NCBI GenBank assembly: GCA_964452295.1
Contig: CAYVKZ010000001.1
Location: 56,529 to 120,528, forward strand
DNA length: 64,000 nucleotides
Direction: 5' to 3'
Source of the DNA: an uncultured Acidiphilium sp.
GTDB lineage: Bacteria; Bacillota; Clostridia; Christensenellales; Borkfalkiaceae
The position numbers and the translations under genes are program-made. Shown piece by piece: positions 36,429 to 47,709 of the stretch (position 1 is its first letter; each line of letters starts with the position of its first letter). Under the pieces are notes generated by a model. The model did not search any database. It was not told the DNA's origin and saw only the letters and a list, made by a program, of their open reading frames with translations.

Positions 36429-38129
36429 ATGCTTTGCAGGTTAAATATAAAAAACGTTGCGCTTATCGACGAGGCGGAAATAGAATTTTCGAACGGGCTT
36501 AATGTTTTATCCGGTGAAACCGGTTCGGGTAAGTCGGTTATTTTGGATTCGATAAATTTTGTTTTGGGTGCTAAGGCGGATAAAAGCATGATACGCCACG
36601 GTGCCGATTTTTGTCTTGTTTCTTGCGATTTTACGGATATTTCTCAAGATATAAAGGATATTTTGCGCGAATACGATATCGATTGCGACAAAGAACTTAT
36701 AGTGAAACGCAAATTCGATTTAAAAGGAAACGGTTATATTAAAATAAACGGTGAAAACGTTACCGCCGCTATGCTTAAAAAAATAACCGTAAATTTAGTT
36801 GACGTTCATGGTCAAAGCGAGCATTTTTTATTGCTCGGTAAAGCCAAGCAGCTTGAATGTATCGACCGTGGTGCTGAAGTCGGAATTGAAAAAAACGCTC
36901 TTAAAAATACGATTTCAAAAATAAAAGACGTAGAAAAAGCTATCTTGGTTTCGGGCGGAACGCCTGCTGAACGAGCAATTCGCGTAGATATATTGAAATA
37001 TCAAATTGCTGAGATTGAAAATGCCGATTTAAAAGATGGCGAAGAAGACGAGCTTGTTTGTTTAAGAAATAAACTATTGAATTTAGAGAAAATTTATTCG
37101 GCGTTATCGGTTGTTTGCGGCGGCATTATCGATGACGGCGGCTCGCTTGACGGCGTTAATATCGCTAAGCAGGCACTGAAAAACATCGTAGCGATGGGGG
37201 CTGAATACGACGAGCTTTTCAATTCTTTATCGATTTTTGCCGACGAACTTTCTGAACTAGGTGAAAAAGCTCGCGATTTATTGGAAAATTTAGACAGTGA
37301 AAACGTTGATTTGGATTTTATAGAACAGCGATTAGACGTTTATAAAAGTTTAAAAAAGAAATACGGTAACAGCTTGTCTGAAATTGATGAGTTTTTAGCA
37401 AAAGCAAAAGAGGAATACGATGCTCTTTGCAGTTTTGACGAACGCTATGAAGCATTAAAGAAAGAACTTATTGATTTAAAAAACGTAGCATATTCGCAAT
37501 GCGTGGCGTTATCGGATAAACGAAGAGCCTACGCAAAAAAATTTGAGGAGCGCGTTACCGATAAATTAAAGCAACTCGGGATGTCGGGCGCTAAATTTGG
37601 TGTTGTCTTTGCCGATATTCGACCGATTGGCGAAGTGTCCGAATTTTTGGCTAGCGGATTAGACGACGTTGAATTTTATTTTTCGGCGAATTTAGGCGAA
37701 CCGTTAAAACCGCTTTCAAAAATAATAAGCGGCGGCGAAATGAGTCGTTTTATGTTGGCGATTAAAACTCAGGCGCAAAGCGTTTGCGGGACTTACATTT
37801 TTGACGAAATAGACGCAGGGTTGAGTGGGGCGGCCGCGGTTATAGTTGCAAAAAACTTTGCCGAGATTGCTGTTGATAGGCAAATTATAGCGATTTCACA
37901 TTTGCCACAGATTTCGGCAATGAGCGATTCTTCTGTTTTTATTGAAAAGATTGAAAACGAAGGAAAAACGTTTACGAAAATACATTTATTAAACGAATGC
38001 GAAAAAGTCTTTGAAGTTGTAAGGCTTATAGGCGGCAATAATGATGACGAAACGGCGAAAAAACATGCCGAACATTTGATTGAAGAAGCAAGTGCATATA
38101 AAGCTTCATTGCAAAAAACTCCCGAATAA
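36429..38129 (+). CDS. recN: DNA repair protein RecN
   Basis: SGETGSGKS Walker A, a long coiled coil, and SGGEMSRFMLAIK...FDEIDAGLSG. Confidence 0.95.
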   Translation: MLCRLNIKNVALIDEAEIEFSNGLNVLSGETGSGKSVILDSINFVLGAKADKSMIRHGADFCLVSCDFTDISQDIKDILREYDIDCDKELIVKRKFDLKGNGYIKINGENVTAAMLKKITVNLVDVHGQSEHFLLLGKAKQLECIDRGAEVGIEKNALKNTISKIKDVEKAILVSGGTPAERAIRVDILKYQIAEIENADLKDGEEDELVCLRNKLLNLEKIYSALSVVCGGIIDDGGSLDGVNIAKQALKNIVAMGAEYDELFNSLSIFADELSELGEKARDLLENLDSENVDLDFIEQRLDVYKSLKKKYGNSLSEIDEFLAKAKEEYDALCSFDERYEALKKELIDLKNVAYSQCVALSDKRRAYAKKFEERVTDKLKQLGMSGAKFGVVFADIRPIGEVSEFLASGLDDVEFYFSANLGEPLKPLSKIISGGEMSRFMLAIKTQAQSVCGTYIFDEIDAGLSGAAAVIVAKNFAEIAVDRQIIAISHLPQISAMSDSSVFIEKIENEGKTFTKIHLLNECEKVFEVVRLIGGNNDDETAKKHAEHLIEEASAYKASLQKTPE

Positions 38130-38147
38130 AAAATTCGAGAGTTTTTT
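38115..38147 (+). terminator. Probable intrinsic terminator after recN
   Basis: Stem ctcccgaat/attcgagag (one mismatch), then a T6 run. Confidence 0.5.
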
Positions 38148-38233
38148 GTAAAATCATAGTATTAAAGCTGAAAAAATCAAATTTTTATGTGTAACGTAAT
38201 CGTTTTTTTTGTTAAACAAAAGAGAATAATCGG

Positions 38234-39961
38234 TTAAATTTCTAAATTTTTATGAGAATCCGGTATTACTAAAATAGTTTTAAAATCGGTATAAAGCACC
38301 GCTCCGGGTTTTGCCTGTGGCGGTTTTTTTACATACTTTTTTAAAGCGTAATCGACTTCGACTTTGCCCCCGCCTTTCACTTCGCTATAAAAAGCGCATA
38401 TTTCGGCGGCAATTAAAATTATTTCATCCGGCATGTGTTTACCGTTACTTTCAATTACCACATGCGCAGAATGATAATTTTTTGCATGAAGCCATGTATC
38501 TGCGGGTTTTGAAATCGCGGTGAGTTTATCGTTTTGAACGTTATTTTTACCGGCTCGTATTTTAAAGCCACCGTATTCGAAAACTCGATAACTAATTTTT
38601 AAATCGGCTTTTTTGATTTTTTGATTTTTTTCGTTTGATGATTTTATCATTCCGCTTTGCTTGAGTTCTTCTTCGACAGATCCGAGGTCGTCGGTCGTTT
38701 GCGCTGAATTTATTTCGCTTAATACCGATTCGATATAATCTATTTCATTAAGCGTTTGCTCTTTCTGAGGTTGTATCGCTTTAACGGTATTTTTAATTTT
38801 TGCATATTTTTTAAAGTATTTTTGCGCGTTTGCGGTAGGGGAAAGCGATTCGTCAAGCGGAATTGTTATCTCTTCGTTATCGGCATAGTAATTAGGAGCG
38901 ACGAGTTCTTTATCTCCGCGTTTTATTTTATAAAGATTCGCGGTTATCAGTTCGCCGAAAATTTTATATTTTTCGCCGCCTATGCACGAATTTTCTTTTT
39001 CTAAAATTGTTTGTAGCTTTTTGCGTTCTTTTTTTAAAGCCGAATTTGCTATTGAAAGCAAGCGCGTTTTTAATTCGTTTTTTATTTTTAAAGATTGTTT
39101 TAAGTCGAAAAATTCTTTTTCGGCACTACATAAACAGTCGAAATATTTTTTTTCGCCTTTAACGGATAGATAATCCGTAAAAAAGTAATCAATCGGTGCG
39201 CCGTCATTTGCATAAACGACGCATGGAGTCGGGCAGGCATCGTTTAAAAAATCGGATATTTTCAAATAAAAAGCGTCTGCGTTAATTTTTTCTGCTAAAG
39301 GTGAATCAAATGTAGGTTTTCCGAAAGCTCGTTGACAGATTTCAGTTGCCGCTAAGCTAGAAAATCCTTTAAAAAAATTGAAAATATATTGCGCTAAATC
39401 GCCTCCGTTAAAATTTGAAAGGATTTGCAAAGCTTCTTCTTTATTTTCAAAATCAATTTTTTCTTGTGATTTCGGCAACGCATATTTTGCTCCGGCTAAA
39501 AGTGCTCGATTTTTAGAAAAATCCAGAGAAGAAGGTTTTAAAGTTCCTAAAATTATGTCGTTTTCGCACAAAATAACGTTCGAATATTTGCCCATTATTT
39601 CGCAATAAAGCTCTTTTTCGGTGTTTTCCAAAAAATCGTTTTTACCGTCCAGGGTGATTTTAATTATGCGTTCGTTTCCCAAAAGTTCACACGCTTTTAT
39701 GGTTGCGTTTAAAAGATGTTTTCTTGCGAGCATGCAAAACGCGGGTGCGACAATGGGATTTTTTCGTTCAATCGAAGTGAAACCGACTCGCGGAGTCACG
39801 GCGTTGGCGCTTACTATTAGTTTTGAAATTCCGTTTTTTGCATAAACAAGAAAAATTAGTTCGTCTTGTGTGGGTTGCGTTATTTTATTTACTTTTGCAC
39901 CTTGTAGTATGGCGTTTAATTCGAATGACATTTTCTTTAAAGTGATTGCGTCTTGCGGCAT
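38234..39961 (-). CDS. rqcH: NFACT-family ribosome quality control protein (RqcH / FbpA-like)
   Basis: N-terminal NFACT-N pattern (..ELNAILQGAKVNKITQP..DELIF), a central coiled coil, and a C-terminal NFACT-R (WLHAKNYHSAHVVI). I prefer the ATG at 39961 with a GAGGAA SD. Confidence 0.8.
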   Translation of the reverse strand: MPQDAITLKKMSFELNAILQGAKVNKITQPTQDELIFLVYAKNGISKLIVSANAVTPRVGFTSIERKNPIVAPAFCMLARKHLLNATIKACELLGNERIIKITLDGKNDFLENTEKELYCEIMGKYSNVILCENDIILGTLKPSSLDFSKNRALLAGAKYALPKSQEKIDFENKEEALQILSNFNGGDLAQYIFNFFKGFSSLAATEICQRAFGKPTFDSPLAEKINADAFYLKISDFLNDACPTPCVVYANDGAPIDYFFTDYLSVKGEKKYFDCLCSAEKEFFDLKQSLKIKNELKTRLLSIANSALKKERKKLQTILEKENSCIGGEKYKIFGELITANLYKIKRGDKELVAPNYYADNEEITIPLDESLSPTANAQKYFKKYAKIKNTVKAIQPQKEQTLNEIDYIESVLSEINSAQTTDDLGSVEEELKQSGMIKSSNEKNQKIKKADLKISYRVFEYGGFKIRAGKNNVQNDKLTAISKPADTWLHAKNYHSAHVVIESNGKHMPDEIILIAAEICAFYSEVKGGGKVEVDYALKKYVKKPPQAKPGAVLYTDFKTILVIPDSHKNLEI

Positions 39962-40120
39962 TTTTCTAATTCCTCGTCGATTTTTATCGTTTACATGGTG
40001 AAACTTCGATAATATTATACACAAATTCCAACCAAAAGTAAAATATTTAGGTTAAAAACTTTACTTTTAAGTTTTAATTTGATAAAATAGCTAGGCAAGA
40101 AAAAAAACGGAGCAACGAAA

Positions 40121-41410
40121 ATGAATTACAAAGCAGAAAAAACAGAAAAAAACGAACTTAAAGTCACGATGGAACTCGATAAGCAAGATTGGCTCGAGGC
40201 AAACAAAAGCGCATATGAAAAAAATAAGAGCCAATATTCGGCACCCGGATTCAGAAAAGGTCACGTGCCTTACAATTATTTGGTAGGCGCTTACGGAGAG
40301 CAAATATTTTTCGAGGATGCCATTAACTTTTCGTTTAACAAATATTATTTCGATATTATCGAGAAAGAAGTCGACTATAAGGTTATAGACGGACCGTCTG
40401 TTGAAGATATTAAACCTGCAGACGACGGCGGTATGATTATAATTGCCGTAGCGCCTTTAAAACCTGAGGTTAAGCTTGGCGCTTATATCGGGTTAAAGAT
40501 TGAAAAAAACGAGCATAAAGTTACCGACGAGGACGTCGATAAAGAAGTTGAAAAACTTCGTGACAGAAATTCAAGAGAAATAGAAATTACCGATCGTTCT
40601 GTAGTGGACGGCGATATTTGCGATATCGACTATTCCGGTTCTATAGACAACGTTAAGTTTGAAGGCGGCACTGCAGAACATCAAACCATAGTTATCGGCA
40701 GCAATACCTTTATTCCCGGATTCGAAGAACAAATTATCGGAATGAATATCGGCGGCGAGCGTGATATTACCGTTAAATTCCCCGACGATTACGCCGCAGA
40801 AAATTTAAAGGGTAAAGTTGCCGTTTTTGCGATTAAGCTTCACGGTATTAAAGTTAAAGAATTACCCGAAGTTAACGACGAATTTATCAAAGATGCCGTT
40901 GGCGAAGAGAGTGTAGCTTCTTATAAAGCCGGCGTTAAAGAACGCCTCGAAAAGGCTGCTGCCGATGCCGAGAAGCGCGAAATAGAAGATAAGATAGTTA
41001 AAACCGTAACCGATGCTACCGAAATCGATATTCCCGATTGCTTAATCGAAAAACAAACCGATAGCATTATCGACGAAATGAAATATAGACTTATGTATCA
41101 AGGACTCGATTTAGACGGATATTTAAAATACACCGGTCAGACGATGGAGCAATATAGAAACAGTTTTGCGGAAGTTGCAAAAGCGCGTGCTAAATCCCAG
41201 CTCGTCGTGGAGCAAATAATCGAAAACGAAAAAATTACCGCAACACCCGAAGAGGTTGACGCTAAAATTGCAGAACAAGCGAATACTGTTGAAAAAACTT
41301 TTGAAGAATATAAAAAGGATATGCCTGCTCGTCAGCTCGAATATATAGCGAATTCGATTGTAATCGACAAGCTTTTTGCGTTCCTTATCGAAAATAACAA
41401 AATCGGCTAA
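40121..41410 (+). CDS. tig: Trigger factor
   Basis: GFRKGHVP ribosome-binding signature, a central FKBP PPIase (FIPGFEEQIIGM), and clpP-clpX downstream. Confidence 0.95.
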   Translation: MNYKAEKTEKNELKVTMELDKQDWLEANKSAYEKNKSQYSAPGFRKGHVPYNYLVGAYGEQIFFEDAINFSFNKYYFDIIEKEVDYKVIDGPSVEDIKPADDGGMIIIAVAPLKPEVKLGAYIGLKIEKNEHKVTDEDVDKEVEKLRDRNSREIEITDRSVVDGDICDIDYSGSIDNVKFEGGTAEHQTIVIGSNTFIPGFEEQIIGMNIGGERDITVKFPDDYAAENLKGKVAVFAIKLHGIKVKELPEVNDEFIKDAVGEESVASYKAGVKERLEKAAADAEKREIEDKIVKTVTDATEIDIPDCLIEKQTDSIIDEMKYRLMYQGLDLDGYLKYTGQTMEQYRNSFAEVAKARAKSQLVVEQIIENEKITATPEEVDAKIAEQANTVEKTFEEYKKDMPARQLEYIANSIVIDKLFAFLIENNKIG

Positions 41411-41519
41411 AAAATTAGTCCGCAAAAATCAAAAAAACTAAAATCGGGCGACTAAAATTCGCCCGATAAAAATATAATCTTAATAAGCGCTTGCAAAAAT
41501 GCAAGCTAAAGGTGTAAAA

Positions 41520-42104
41520 ATGGCTTTAATTCCTATGGTTATCGAGCAGTCGGGGCGCGGTGAGCGTTCTTACGATATTTATTCGTTGCTGCTTGAAAAA
41601 AGAATAGTTTTTATTACCGGTGAAATTGACGACGCTCTTGCGAATACGGTAGTTGCGCAGCTTTTATATCTTGAAAGTAAGGATGAAAATAAAGATATCA
41701 ATTTATATATAAACAGCCCGGGCGGTAGCGTGAGTGCCGGACTTGCGATTTATGATACGATGAATTATATTAAGTGTGACGTTAGTACTATTTGCATCGG
41801 TTTGGCTGCAAGCATGGGCGCGTTTTTGCTTTCGAGCGGAGCAAAAGGGAAGCGTTTTGCATTGCCAAACGCCGAAATTATGATTCATCAACCGTTGGGC
41901 GGTGCTCAAGGACAGGCAAGCGATATTGCCATTCACGCGCAACACATTATGCAAACAAAACAAAAACTCAATAAAATATTGTCCCAAAATACGGGAAATC
42001 CGTTAGAGGTTGTCGAACGAGATACCGATAGGGATAATTTTATGTCTGCAAAGCAAGCTGAAGCATACGGTTTAGTAGACGGCGTTTGCGAAAAAAGAGT
42101 TTAA
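41520..42104 (+). CDS. clpP: ATP-dependent Clp protease proteolytic subunit
   Basis: [30 protein letters not shown] (Ser), IMIHQPLGG (His). I prefer ATG 41520 with an AAAGGTG SD. Confidence 0.95.
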   Translation: MALIPMVIEQSGRGERSYDIYSLLLEKRIVFITGEIDDALANTVVAQLLYLESKDENKDINLYINSPGGSVSAGLAIYDTMNYIKCDVSTICIGLAASMGAFLLSSGAKGKRFALPNAEIMIHQPLGGAQGQASDIAIHAQHIMQTKQKLNKILSQNTGNPLEVVERDTDRDNFMSAKQAEAYGLVDGVCEKRV

Positions 42105-42117
42105 ATAAAGAGGTAAA

Positions 42118-43362
42118 ATGGCTAATATTACAGAAAATAAATCTGCTGAATTACATTGTTCTTTCTGTGGAAAACTCAATTCTCAGGTTAAAAAACTCAT
42201 TGCCGGACCCGATGGCGTTTATATTTGCGACGAATGTGTTGACGTGTGTCGGCATGTTATAGCGGAATGTGATAAAAGCGTTCAAAATTCGGCGGTTGCA
42301 TTAAAAAAACCGATGGAAATTAAAGCCGAACTCGATAAATATATCGTCGGGCAAGAGCATGCAAAAAAGGTTCTTTCCGTTGCGGTTTATAATCATTATA
42401 AACGAATAAATTATACGGACCAAAAAAATATTGCCGATGACGGGCTTGAAATAGATAAAAGTAATATTTTACTTTTAGGTCCTACGGGTTGCGGTAAAAC
42501 TTTGCTTGCAAGAACACTTGCAAAGATTTTAGACGTTCCTTTTGCCGTTGCTGATGCAACAACGCTTACCGAGGCCGGATACGTAGGCGATGACGTGGAA
42601 AATATTTTGCTTAAACTTATTCAAAACGCCGATTACGATATTGAAAAAGCTCAACGCGGTATAATTTATATTGACGAAATCGATAAGATTTCGCGTAAAA
42701 GCGAAAACGTTTCAATCACGCGTGACGTTTCGGGAGAGGGGGTTCAACAAGCTCTTCTAAAAATAATCGAAAGCACGGTTGCTTCGGTTCCGCCGCAAGG
42801 TGGTCGTAAGCATCCGCAACAAGAAGTTTTGCGTTTAGACACAACTAATATTTTGTTTATTTGTGGTGGCGCGTTTGTCGGACTCGATAAAATTATCGAA
42901 GAGAGAAAAGATGCCGCTCCGTTCGGTTTCGGCGGTTTAGCTGTTAACAATGAAAAACAGCGCATAATCGACGATATTCAACCTCAAGATTTGACAAAAT
43001 ACGGTTTAATTCCTGAATTTGTAGGGCGTTTGCCGATTGTTGTCGGCTTAGATGCACTAGATGAGGACGCTTTAGTCAAAATTATGACCGAACCTAAAAA
43101 TGCTATCGTTAAGCAATATAAAAAGCTCGTTGCTCTTGATAAGGTTATTTTAGACGTTAAAGAAGAAGCCGTTCGCGAAATTGCCAAAAAAGCTATAGCT
43201 TTAAAAACGGGAGCAAGAGGACTTAGAACAATTTTTGAAAACCTTATGCTCGATACGATGTACGATCTTCCGAGTGATAAAAACGTTGAGAGAATTATTA
43301 TCGATGAAGAAGTCGTTAAAGGTTTGAAAAAACCCGAAATTATTAAAAAGCAAATAGCGTAA
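42118..43362 (+). CDS. clpX: ATP-dependent Clp protease ATP-binding subunit ClpX
   Basis: Zinc ribbon [27 protein letters not shown]. Confidence 0.95.
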   Translation: MANITENKSAELHCSFCGKLNSQVKKLIAGPDGVYICDECVDVCRHVIAECDKSVQNSAVALKKPMEIKAELDKYIVGQEHAKKVLSVAVYNHYKRINYTDQKNIADDGLEIDKSNILLLGPTGCGKTLLARTLAKILDVPFAVADATTLTEAGYVGDDVENILLKLIQNADYDIEKAQRGIIYIDEIDKISRKSENVSITRDVSGEGVQQALLKIIESTVASVPPQGGRKHPQQEVLRLDTTNILFICGGAFVGLDKIIEERKDAAPFGFGGLAVNNEKQRIIDDIQPQDLTKYGLIPEFVGRLPIVVGLDALDEDALVKIMTEPKNAIVKQYKKLVALDKVILDVKEEAVREIAKKAIALKTGARGLRTIFENLMLDTMYDLPSDKNVERIIIDEEVVKGLKKPEIIKKQIA

Positions 43363-43392
43363 AAGATAAAAACAGTTTTACGTCTAACATAA

Positions 43393-43438
43393 AAGCAACA
43401 AAAAACACTGTTGGTAAAAGTGATTTTGTTGCTTTTTT
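43393..43438 (+). terminator. Probable intrinsic terminator after clpX
   Basis: aagcaacaaaa/ttttgttgctt stem with a large loop, then a T run. Confidence 0.55.
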
Positions 43439-43497
43439 CATGTTCGAAACCGTATGATGAAATTGCTATTATTATCGATGAAATAGTAATTTTTTGA

Positions 43498-43541
43498 TAA
43501 AAAAATCCGAACCGCAACTTTAAAAAAGAACGGTTCGGATT
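43498..43541 (-). terminator. Intrinsic terminator of tRNA-Leu
   Basis: aatccgaaccg/cggttcggatt stem followed (minus strand) by a T7 run. Confidence 0.75.
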
Positions 43542-43550
43542 AAATCGTTT

Positions 43551-43637
43551 TGGTGCCGCTGACCGGACTTGAACCGGTACGGCCGTTAAGCCGAGGGATT
43601 TTAAGTCCCTTGCGTCTGCCTATTCCGCCACAGCGGC
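43551..43637 (-). tRNA. tRNA-Leu (anticodon UAA)
   Basis: The reverse complement folds with acceptor GCCGCTG/CAGCGGC, anticodon arm AGGGA-CTTAAAA-TCCCT, a long variable arm, T-arm ACCGG-TTCAAGT-CCGGT and CCA. Confidence 0.9.
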
Positions 43638-43781
43638 ATTTACAAAACTTTTATTATTATATATTTTTTTATAGGTTTTGTCAAACGAATAAAAGGGCTT
43701 TTTAATTTTAGTTATAATTTTTTTATCGTTGTGTTTTCGCGTGTCGTTTTTCGCGGTGATTTTTAATTTTGCGTTAAAATG

Positions 43782-44747
43782 TTAAATTGCTTTTAAATAT
43801 ATTTTCATTTCTAACGTTTCGCTAAAAAAATCTGAAACGGCTTGCATATATGCGATATTATCGACCATATAACTTACTCCGTGTCCGGCTCCTTCGATTA
43901 TTAAAATTCTTTTATTTTTCGATGTGCAAACATTAAAATTTTCTTTGCTCATTTCGCAAGGAACAAAACGGTCGTCGCTACCGTGAATAAATAACACGGG
44001 GACGTTGCACGATTTTAATGCGTTTTTCGCCGAAGCGTTTTCGATATCGAATTTACCGAAAATTTTTCCGCCGAGTCGTATCAGAAAGTAGGTTGGAAAG
44101 AGCGGGAACTTCATATCTTTAATAACTTTTTTAATTATTTGTTCGGGTGCGTCATATCCGCAATCTGCAACAATTCCTACTACGTTTTTAGGTAAATTAA
44201 GGTCGGCGGTCATAAGTACCGTTGCCGCGCCCATTGACATTCCGTACAACAGAATTTTTGTATTTTCATCGAAGCGTTTTAAAGCAAAGTTTATCCAACT
44301 TTGGCAATCGAATCGTTCATTAACTCCGAAACTTAAAGCTTTCCCGCCGCTTTTGCCGTGTGCTCTTTGATCTACGAGCAAGACGTTAAGTCCGCCGGAT
44401 AATGCAATTTTAACACCTCCGCCGAAATCTCGCTCTGCAGCGCTTTTATAGCCGTGCATCATTATTTCGACAGGTGCGTTTTTGTTGTAAATAAAAAGCT
44501 TTCCGAATAAAGTAATTCCGTCGAAGGCGGTAATCGTAACGCTTTCGTATGGAATTTTAAGCGTTTCTTCAATCATTTTATGAGATTTTTCTTTATACGG
44601 CGAATATTGTTCGGTATCGGGAAGTGAAAAAATATCGTTTTTACATTTTTCGGGTACACAAAAAGTTAGACAATAGCAAACGAACGTGGCAATAAAGAAT
44701 AATATAGTTAGTAAAACAATCGCGCCGATGAGATAATATAACAGCAT
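43782..44747 (-). CDS. Membrane-anchored alpha/beta hydrolase
   Basis: N-terminal TM helix, HGYKS, nucleophile elbow GMSMGA, late D..H (GAGHG). Confidence 0.7.
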   Translation of the reverse strand: MLLYYLIGAIVLLTILFFIATFVCYCLTFCVPEKCKNDIFSLPDTEQYSPYKEKSHKMIEETLKIPYESVTITAFDGITLFGKLFIYNKNAPVEIMMHGYKSAAERDFGGGVKIALSGGLNVLLVDQRAHGKSGGKALSFGVNERFDCQSWINFALKRFDENTKILLYGMSMGAATVLMTADLNLPKNVVGIVADCGYDAPEQIIKKVIKDMKFPLFPTYFLIRLGGKIFGKFDIENASAKNALKSCNVPVLFIHGSDDRFVPCEMSKENFNVCTSKNKRILIIEGAGHGVSYMVDNIAYMQAVSDFFSETLEMKIYLKAI

Positions 44748-44813
44748 AAAAATTGATTCCTCGTTATTTTTTAATACAAAATGATATAAAATGCGGATTA
44801 TGTGTTTTTATAG

Positions 44814-44841
44814 TTGACATAAAAATTTAAAAAAGTATAAT
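44814..44841 (+). promoter_or_regulatory. Sigma-A-type promoter upstream of the MATE gene
   Basis: TTGACA, 16 nt, TATAAT. It leaves a ~185-nt leader. Confidence 0.55.
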
Positions 44842-45028
44842 TGTGATTGACTTTTGTTTTTTCGAGAGTTCTCAACATAAAGATATTTATAGTTTTTTGC
44901 GCGGATTTTTCAATGTAGAAAATTAAATCTAAAGATAATTTAACAATCTTTTTTTAATATGTCAAGCGACTTAACGTGGTACTCGAAAAAGATATAAAAA
45001 ATTTTTAAAATGCAGAAGGATTAAAAAA

Positions 45029-46363
45029 ATGGCAATACGTATTTCAGATAAGTTCACTTATCGCCGTTTGTTAAAATTCACGTTTCCGTCGATAGCCATG
45101 ATGATTTTTACCTCTATTTACGGCGTGGTTGACGGATTTTTTGTTTCGAATTTAGCGGGAGATATTCCGTTTAAGGCTGTAAATTTGATTATGCCGTTTT
45201 TAATGATCGCCGGGACGGTCGGATTTATGTTCGGAACCGGCGGTACTGCGATAGTTTCGAACGTGTTCGGTGAGGGCGATAAAAAGCGCGCAAACGAACT
45301 TTTTTCGCTTTTCGTTTATATAACGTTTATTTTAGGCGTAGTTATTGCGGTGTTGTTTATAGCCTTGCTTAATCCCATCGCTAAACTTTTGGGCGCAAAG
45401 GGTGAAATTTTAGAAAATTGCGTAATTTACGGCAGAATTGTTTTATGTGCGTTACCGTTTTTGGTTTTGCAATATTTATTTCAAAGTTTTTTCGTCGCAG
45501 CCGAAAAACCGAAACTCGGGTTATTTGTTATAATTGCAGCCGGTGTTACCAATATGGTTTTAGATGCCGTTTTGGTTTCGCTTTTCCCGCAAGAACACAA
45601 ACTTGCAGGCGCTGCCATTGCTACCGCAATCAGTCAAGTAGTAGGCGGGGGGATTCCTCTCATATACTTTTCTAGAAAAAACGGCAGTATTTTGCGTTTA
45701 GGTAGAACAAAATTCTATTTAAAAGAGATTTTTAAAGCTTGCACGAACGGATCTTCTGAATTTATGAGCAATGTTTCAATGAGTGTGGTTGGAATGCTCT
45801 ATAATGCTCAACTATTGGAATATGCAAAAGAAGACGGAGTTGCCGCATATGGCGTTATGATGTACGTTAGTATGATTTTTTCGGCTGTGTTTTTGGGGTA
45901 TTCGATAGGAACCGCGCCTATTATCGGTTACAACAACGGCGCAGGGAATCGAGACGAGGTTAAATCGATTTTAAAAAAGAGTTTGATTTTGATAAGTATC
46001 AGCGGAGTTTTAATGACGATTGCAGCCGAACTTTTAGCGCATCCACTAGCGGCTGTGTTTGTAAGTTACAGTGAAAATCTTATGCAAATGACTGTTAGCG
46101 GATTTAGAATTTTTTCGATTTCGTTTCTATTTATGGGATATTCCGTTTTTGCATCGAGCTTTTTTACGGCATTAAACGACGGATTAACTTCGGCTTTGAT
46201 TTCATTTTTAAGAACGCTGGTATTTCAAGTCGCCTCGGTCCTGATTTTACCTTTGATATTTAAATTGGACGGAATTTGGGCTTCGGTTGTTATAGCAGAA
46301 GTTTTTGCGGTACTTTTATCATTTGCGTTTTTATTTTTTAAACGCAAAAAATACGGATATTGA
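45029..46363 (+). CDS. MATE-family efflux transporter
   Basis: 444 aa with 12 predicted TM helices and the typical N-terminal ..LLKFTFPSIAMMIFTSIYGVVDGFFV. Confidence 0.85.
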   Translation: MAIRISDKFTYRRLLKFTFPSIAMMIFTSIYGVVDGFFVSNLAGDIPFKAVNLIMPFLMIAGTVGFMFGTGGTAIVSNVFGEGDKKRANELFSLFVYITFILGVVIAVLFIALLNPIAKLLGAKGEILENCVIYGRIVLCALPFLVLQYLFQSFFVAAEKPKLGLFVIIAAGVTNMVLDAVLVSLFPQEHKLAGAAIATAISQVVGGGIPLIYFSRKNGSILRLGRTKFYLKEIFKACTNGSSEFMSNVSMSVVGMLYNAQLLEYAKEDGVAAYGVMMYVSMIFSAVFLGYSIGTAPIIGYNNGAGNRDEVKSILKKSLILISISGVLMTIAAELLAHPLAAVFVSYSENLMQMTVSGFRIFSISFLFMGYSVFASSFFTALNDGLTSALISFLRTLVFQVASVLILPLIFKLDGIWASVVIAEVFAVLLSFAFLFFKRKKYGY

Positions 46364-46554
46364 ATATTTCGTAAAAGGCTTTTTGTTTTTTAATTTGCTA
46401 AAATCATAAAATTTTTAATTTTAATAAAAAAAGAGTCGTTTTTATCTTAAAAAACCGCAAAATTCTTGCAAAAAAAGGGAAAGGGCTCTTTTTTTTCGTA
46501 TAATTTATTGTAAGGAAATTATTTTTGCTAAGATTCTTTTTTATAAGGCAAAAA

Positions 46555-47604
46555 ATGAACGAACGAATTTTTTTAAAAGAGGAATATTTTTTATCGCCTT
46601 ATGCAGCTAAATCGCGGGAATCGAATGGAAGGTGTCGCCAAGAAGAACCATGCCCGATGCGCACTGCCTTTCAGCGTGATCGCGATAGAATAATTTATTC
46701 AAAAGCATTTCGTCGATTAAAGAATAAAACTCAAGTATATTTTTCGCCCGAGGGTGACCATTACAGAACGCGTCTTACTCATACGCTCGACGTAGCTCAG
46801 GTCGCCCGTTCTATTTGTCGCGATCTCGATTTAAACGAGGATTTAGCCGAAGCTATCGCATTGGGTCATGATTTAGGGCATACGCCTTTTGGTCATGCGG
46901 GGGAGCGTTGCTTGCGCAAACTTAACCCCGAGGGGTTCGAGCATAACGAACAATCTTTACGTGTAGTCGATTTATTGGAAAACGACGGGGCGGGTTTAAA
47001 TTTAACGTTTGAGGTTCGCGACGGAATTCTAAATCATAAAAAGAGCGGAAATCCCGCAACTTTAGAGGGACAAGCCGTTTCTTTAGCGGACAGAATAGCA
47101 TATTTGAATCACGATATCGACGACGCGATTCGCGCCGGAGCTATAACGCTAAACGATTTACCGCGAGAAGAAATCGAAATACTAGGAAAAACTTCGGGCG
47201 CGCGAATAAATACCATGATTACGGCTATTTATTCGTGTTCCGCCGGCAAAAACTTCGTAAAAATGGATGAAGAAGTGCTACGTTGTACTGAATCGCTCAG
47301 GAACTTTATGTTTGAAAAAGTTTATCTTGACGATCGAGCAAAGGCGGAAGAAACGCGTGCCATGAACATGATATCCGCAATGTATGGATATTTTAAGGAA
47401 AATTATTTAAAAATGCCGTCTTTTTTCGCTAATCTGGCTAAAACAGACGGACTTGATAGAGCTGTTTGCGATTACATATCATCAATGACCGATAGATATG
47501 CGGTTTCGGTTTTTGAAGACGTTTTTGTTCCCGCTAAATTTTTTCAAGCGGTAACTTTGGGTGACGGAGATAAGCGCAAAGAGTGCGACGATAAAAACGA
47601 GTAA
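46555..47604 (+). CDS. dgt: dGTPase-like HD-domain triphosphohydrolase
   Basis: FQRDRDRIIYS, RLTHTLDVAQV, GHDLGHTPFGH. I prefer ATG 46555. Confidence 0.85.
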   Translation: MNERIFLKEEYFLSPYAAKSRESNGRCRQEEPCPMRTAFQRDRDRIIYSKAFRRLKNKTQVYFSPEGDHYRTRLTHTLDVAQVARSICRDLDLNEDLAEAIALGHDLGHTPFGHAGERCLRKLNPEGFEHNEQSLRVVDLLENDGAGLNLTFEVRDGILNHKKSGNPATLEGQAVSLADRIAYLNHDIDDAIRAGAITLNDLPREEIEILGKTSGARINTMITAIYSCSAGKNFVKMDEEVLRCTESLRNFMFEKVYLDDRAKAEETRAMNMISAMYGYFKENYLKMPSFFANLAKTDGLDRAVCDYISSMTDRYAVSVFEDVFVPAKFFQAVTLGDGDKRKECDDKNE

Positions 47605-47709
47605 AAAACAAGTAATTATCGATAATTTTTGCTGTAATTATGAAATTTTGATTATAGAAACGCGTCTATATTTCTTAAGGCAAAAAAATCGATAAAATGC
47701 CGAATAAAA

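Noticed and set aside
38234-40024. N-terminal extensions in the ORF track (for example 38234..40024, 3584..4216, 31644.., 41499.., 46525.., 52197.., 57479..)
   Set aside because: Internal ATGs with proper SD sequences give N-termini matching the respective families. The extensions are low-complexity and lack an SD.
41443-41467. An 8-bp GC hairpin (atcgggcg/cgcccgat) after tig
   Set aside because: No T-tract follows it on the plus strand. The T-run is on the wrong side for a tig terminator, so I did not call it.
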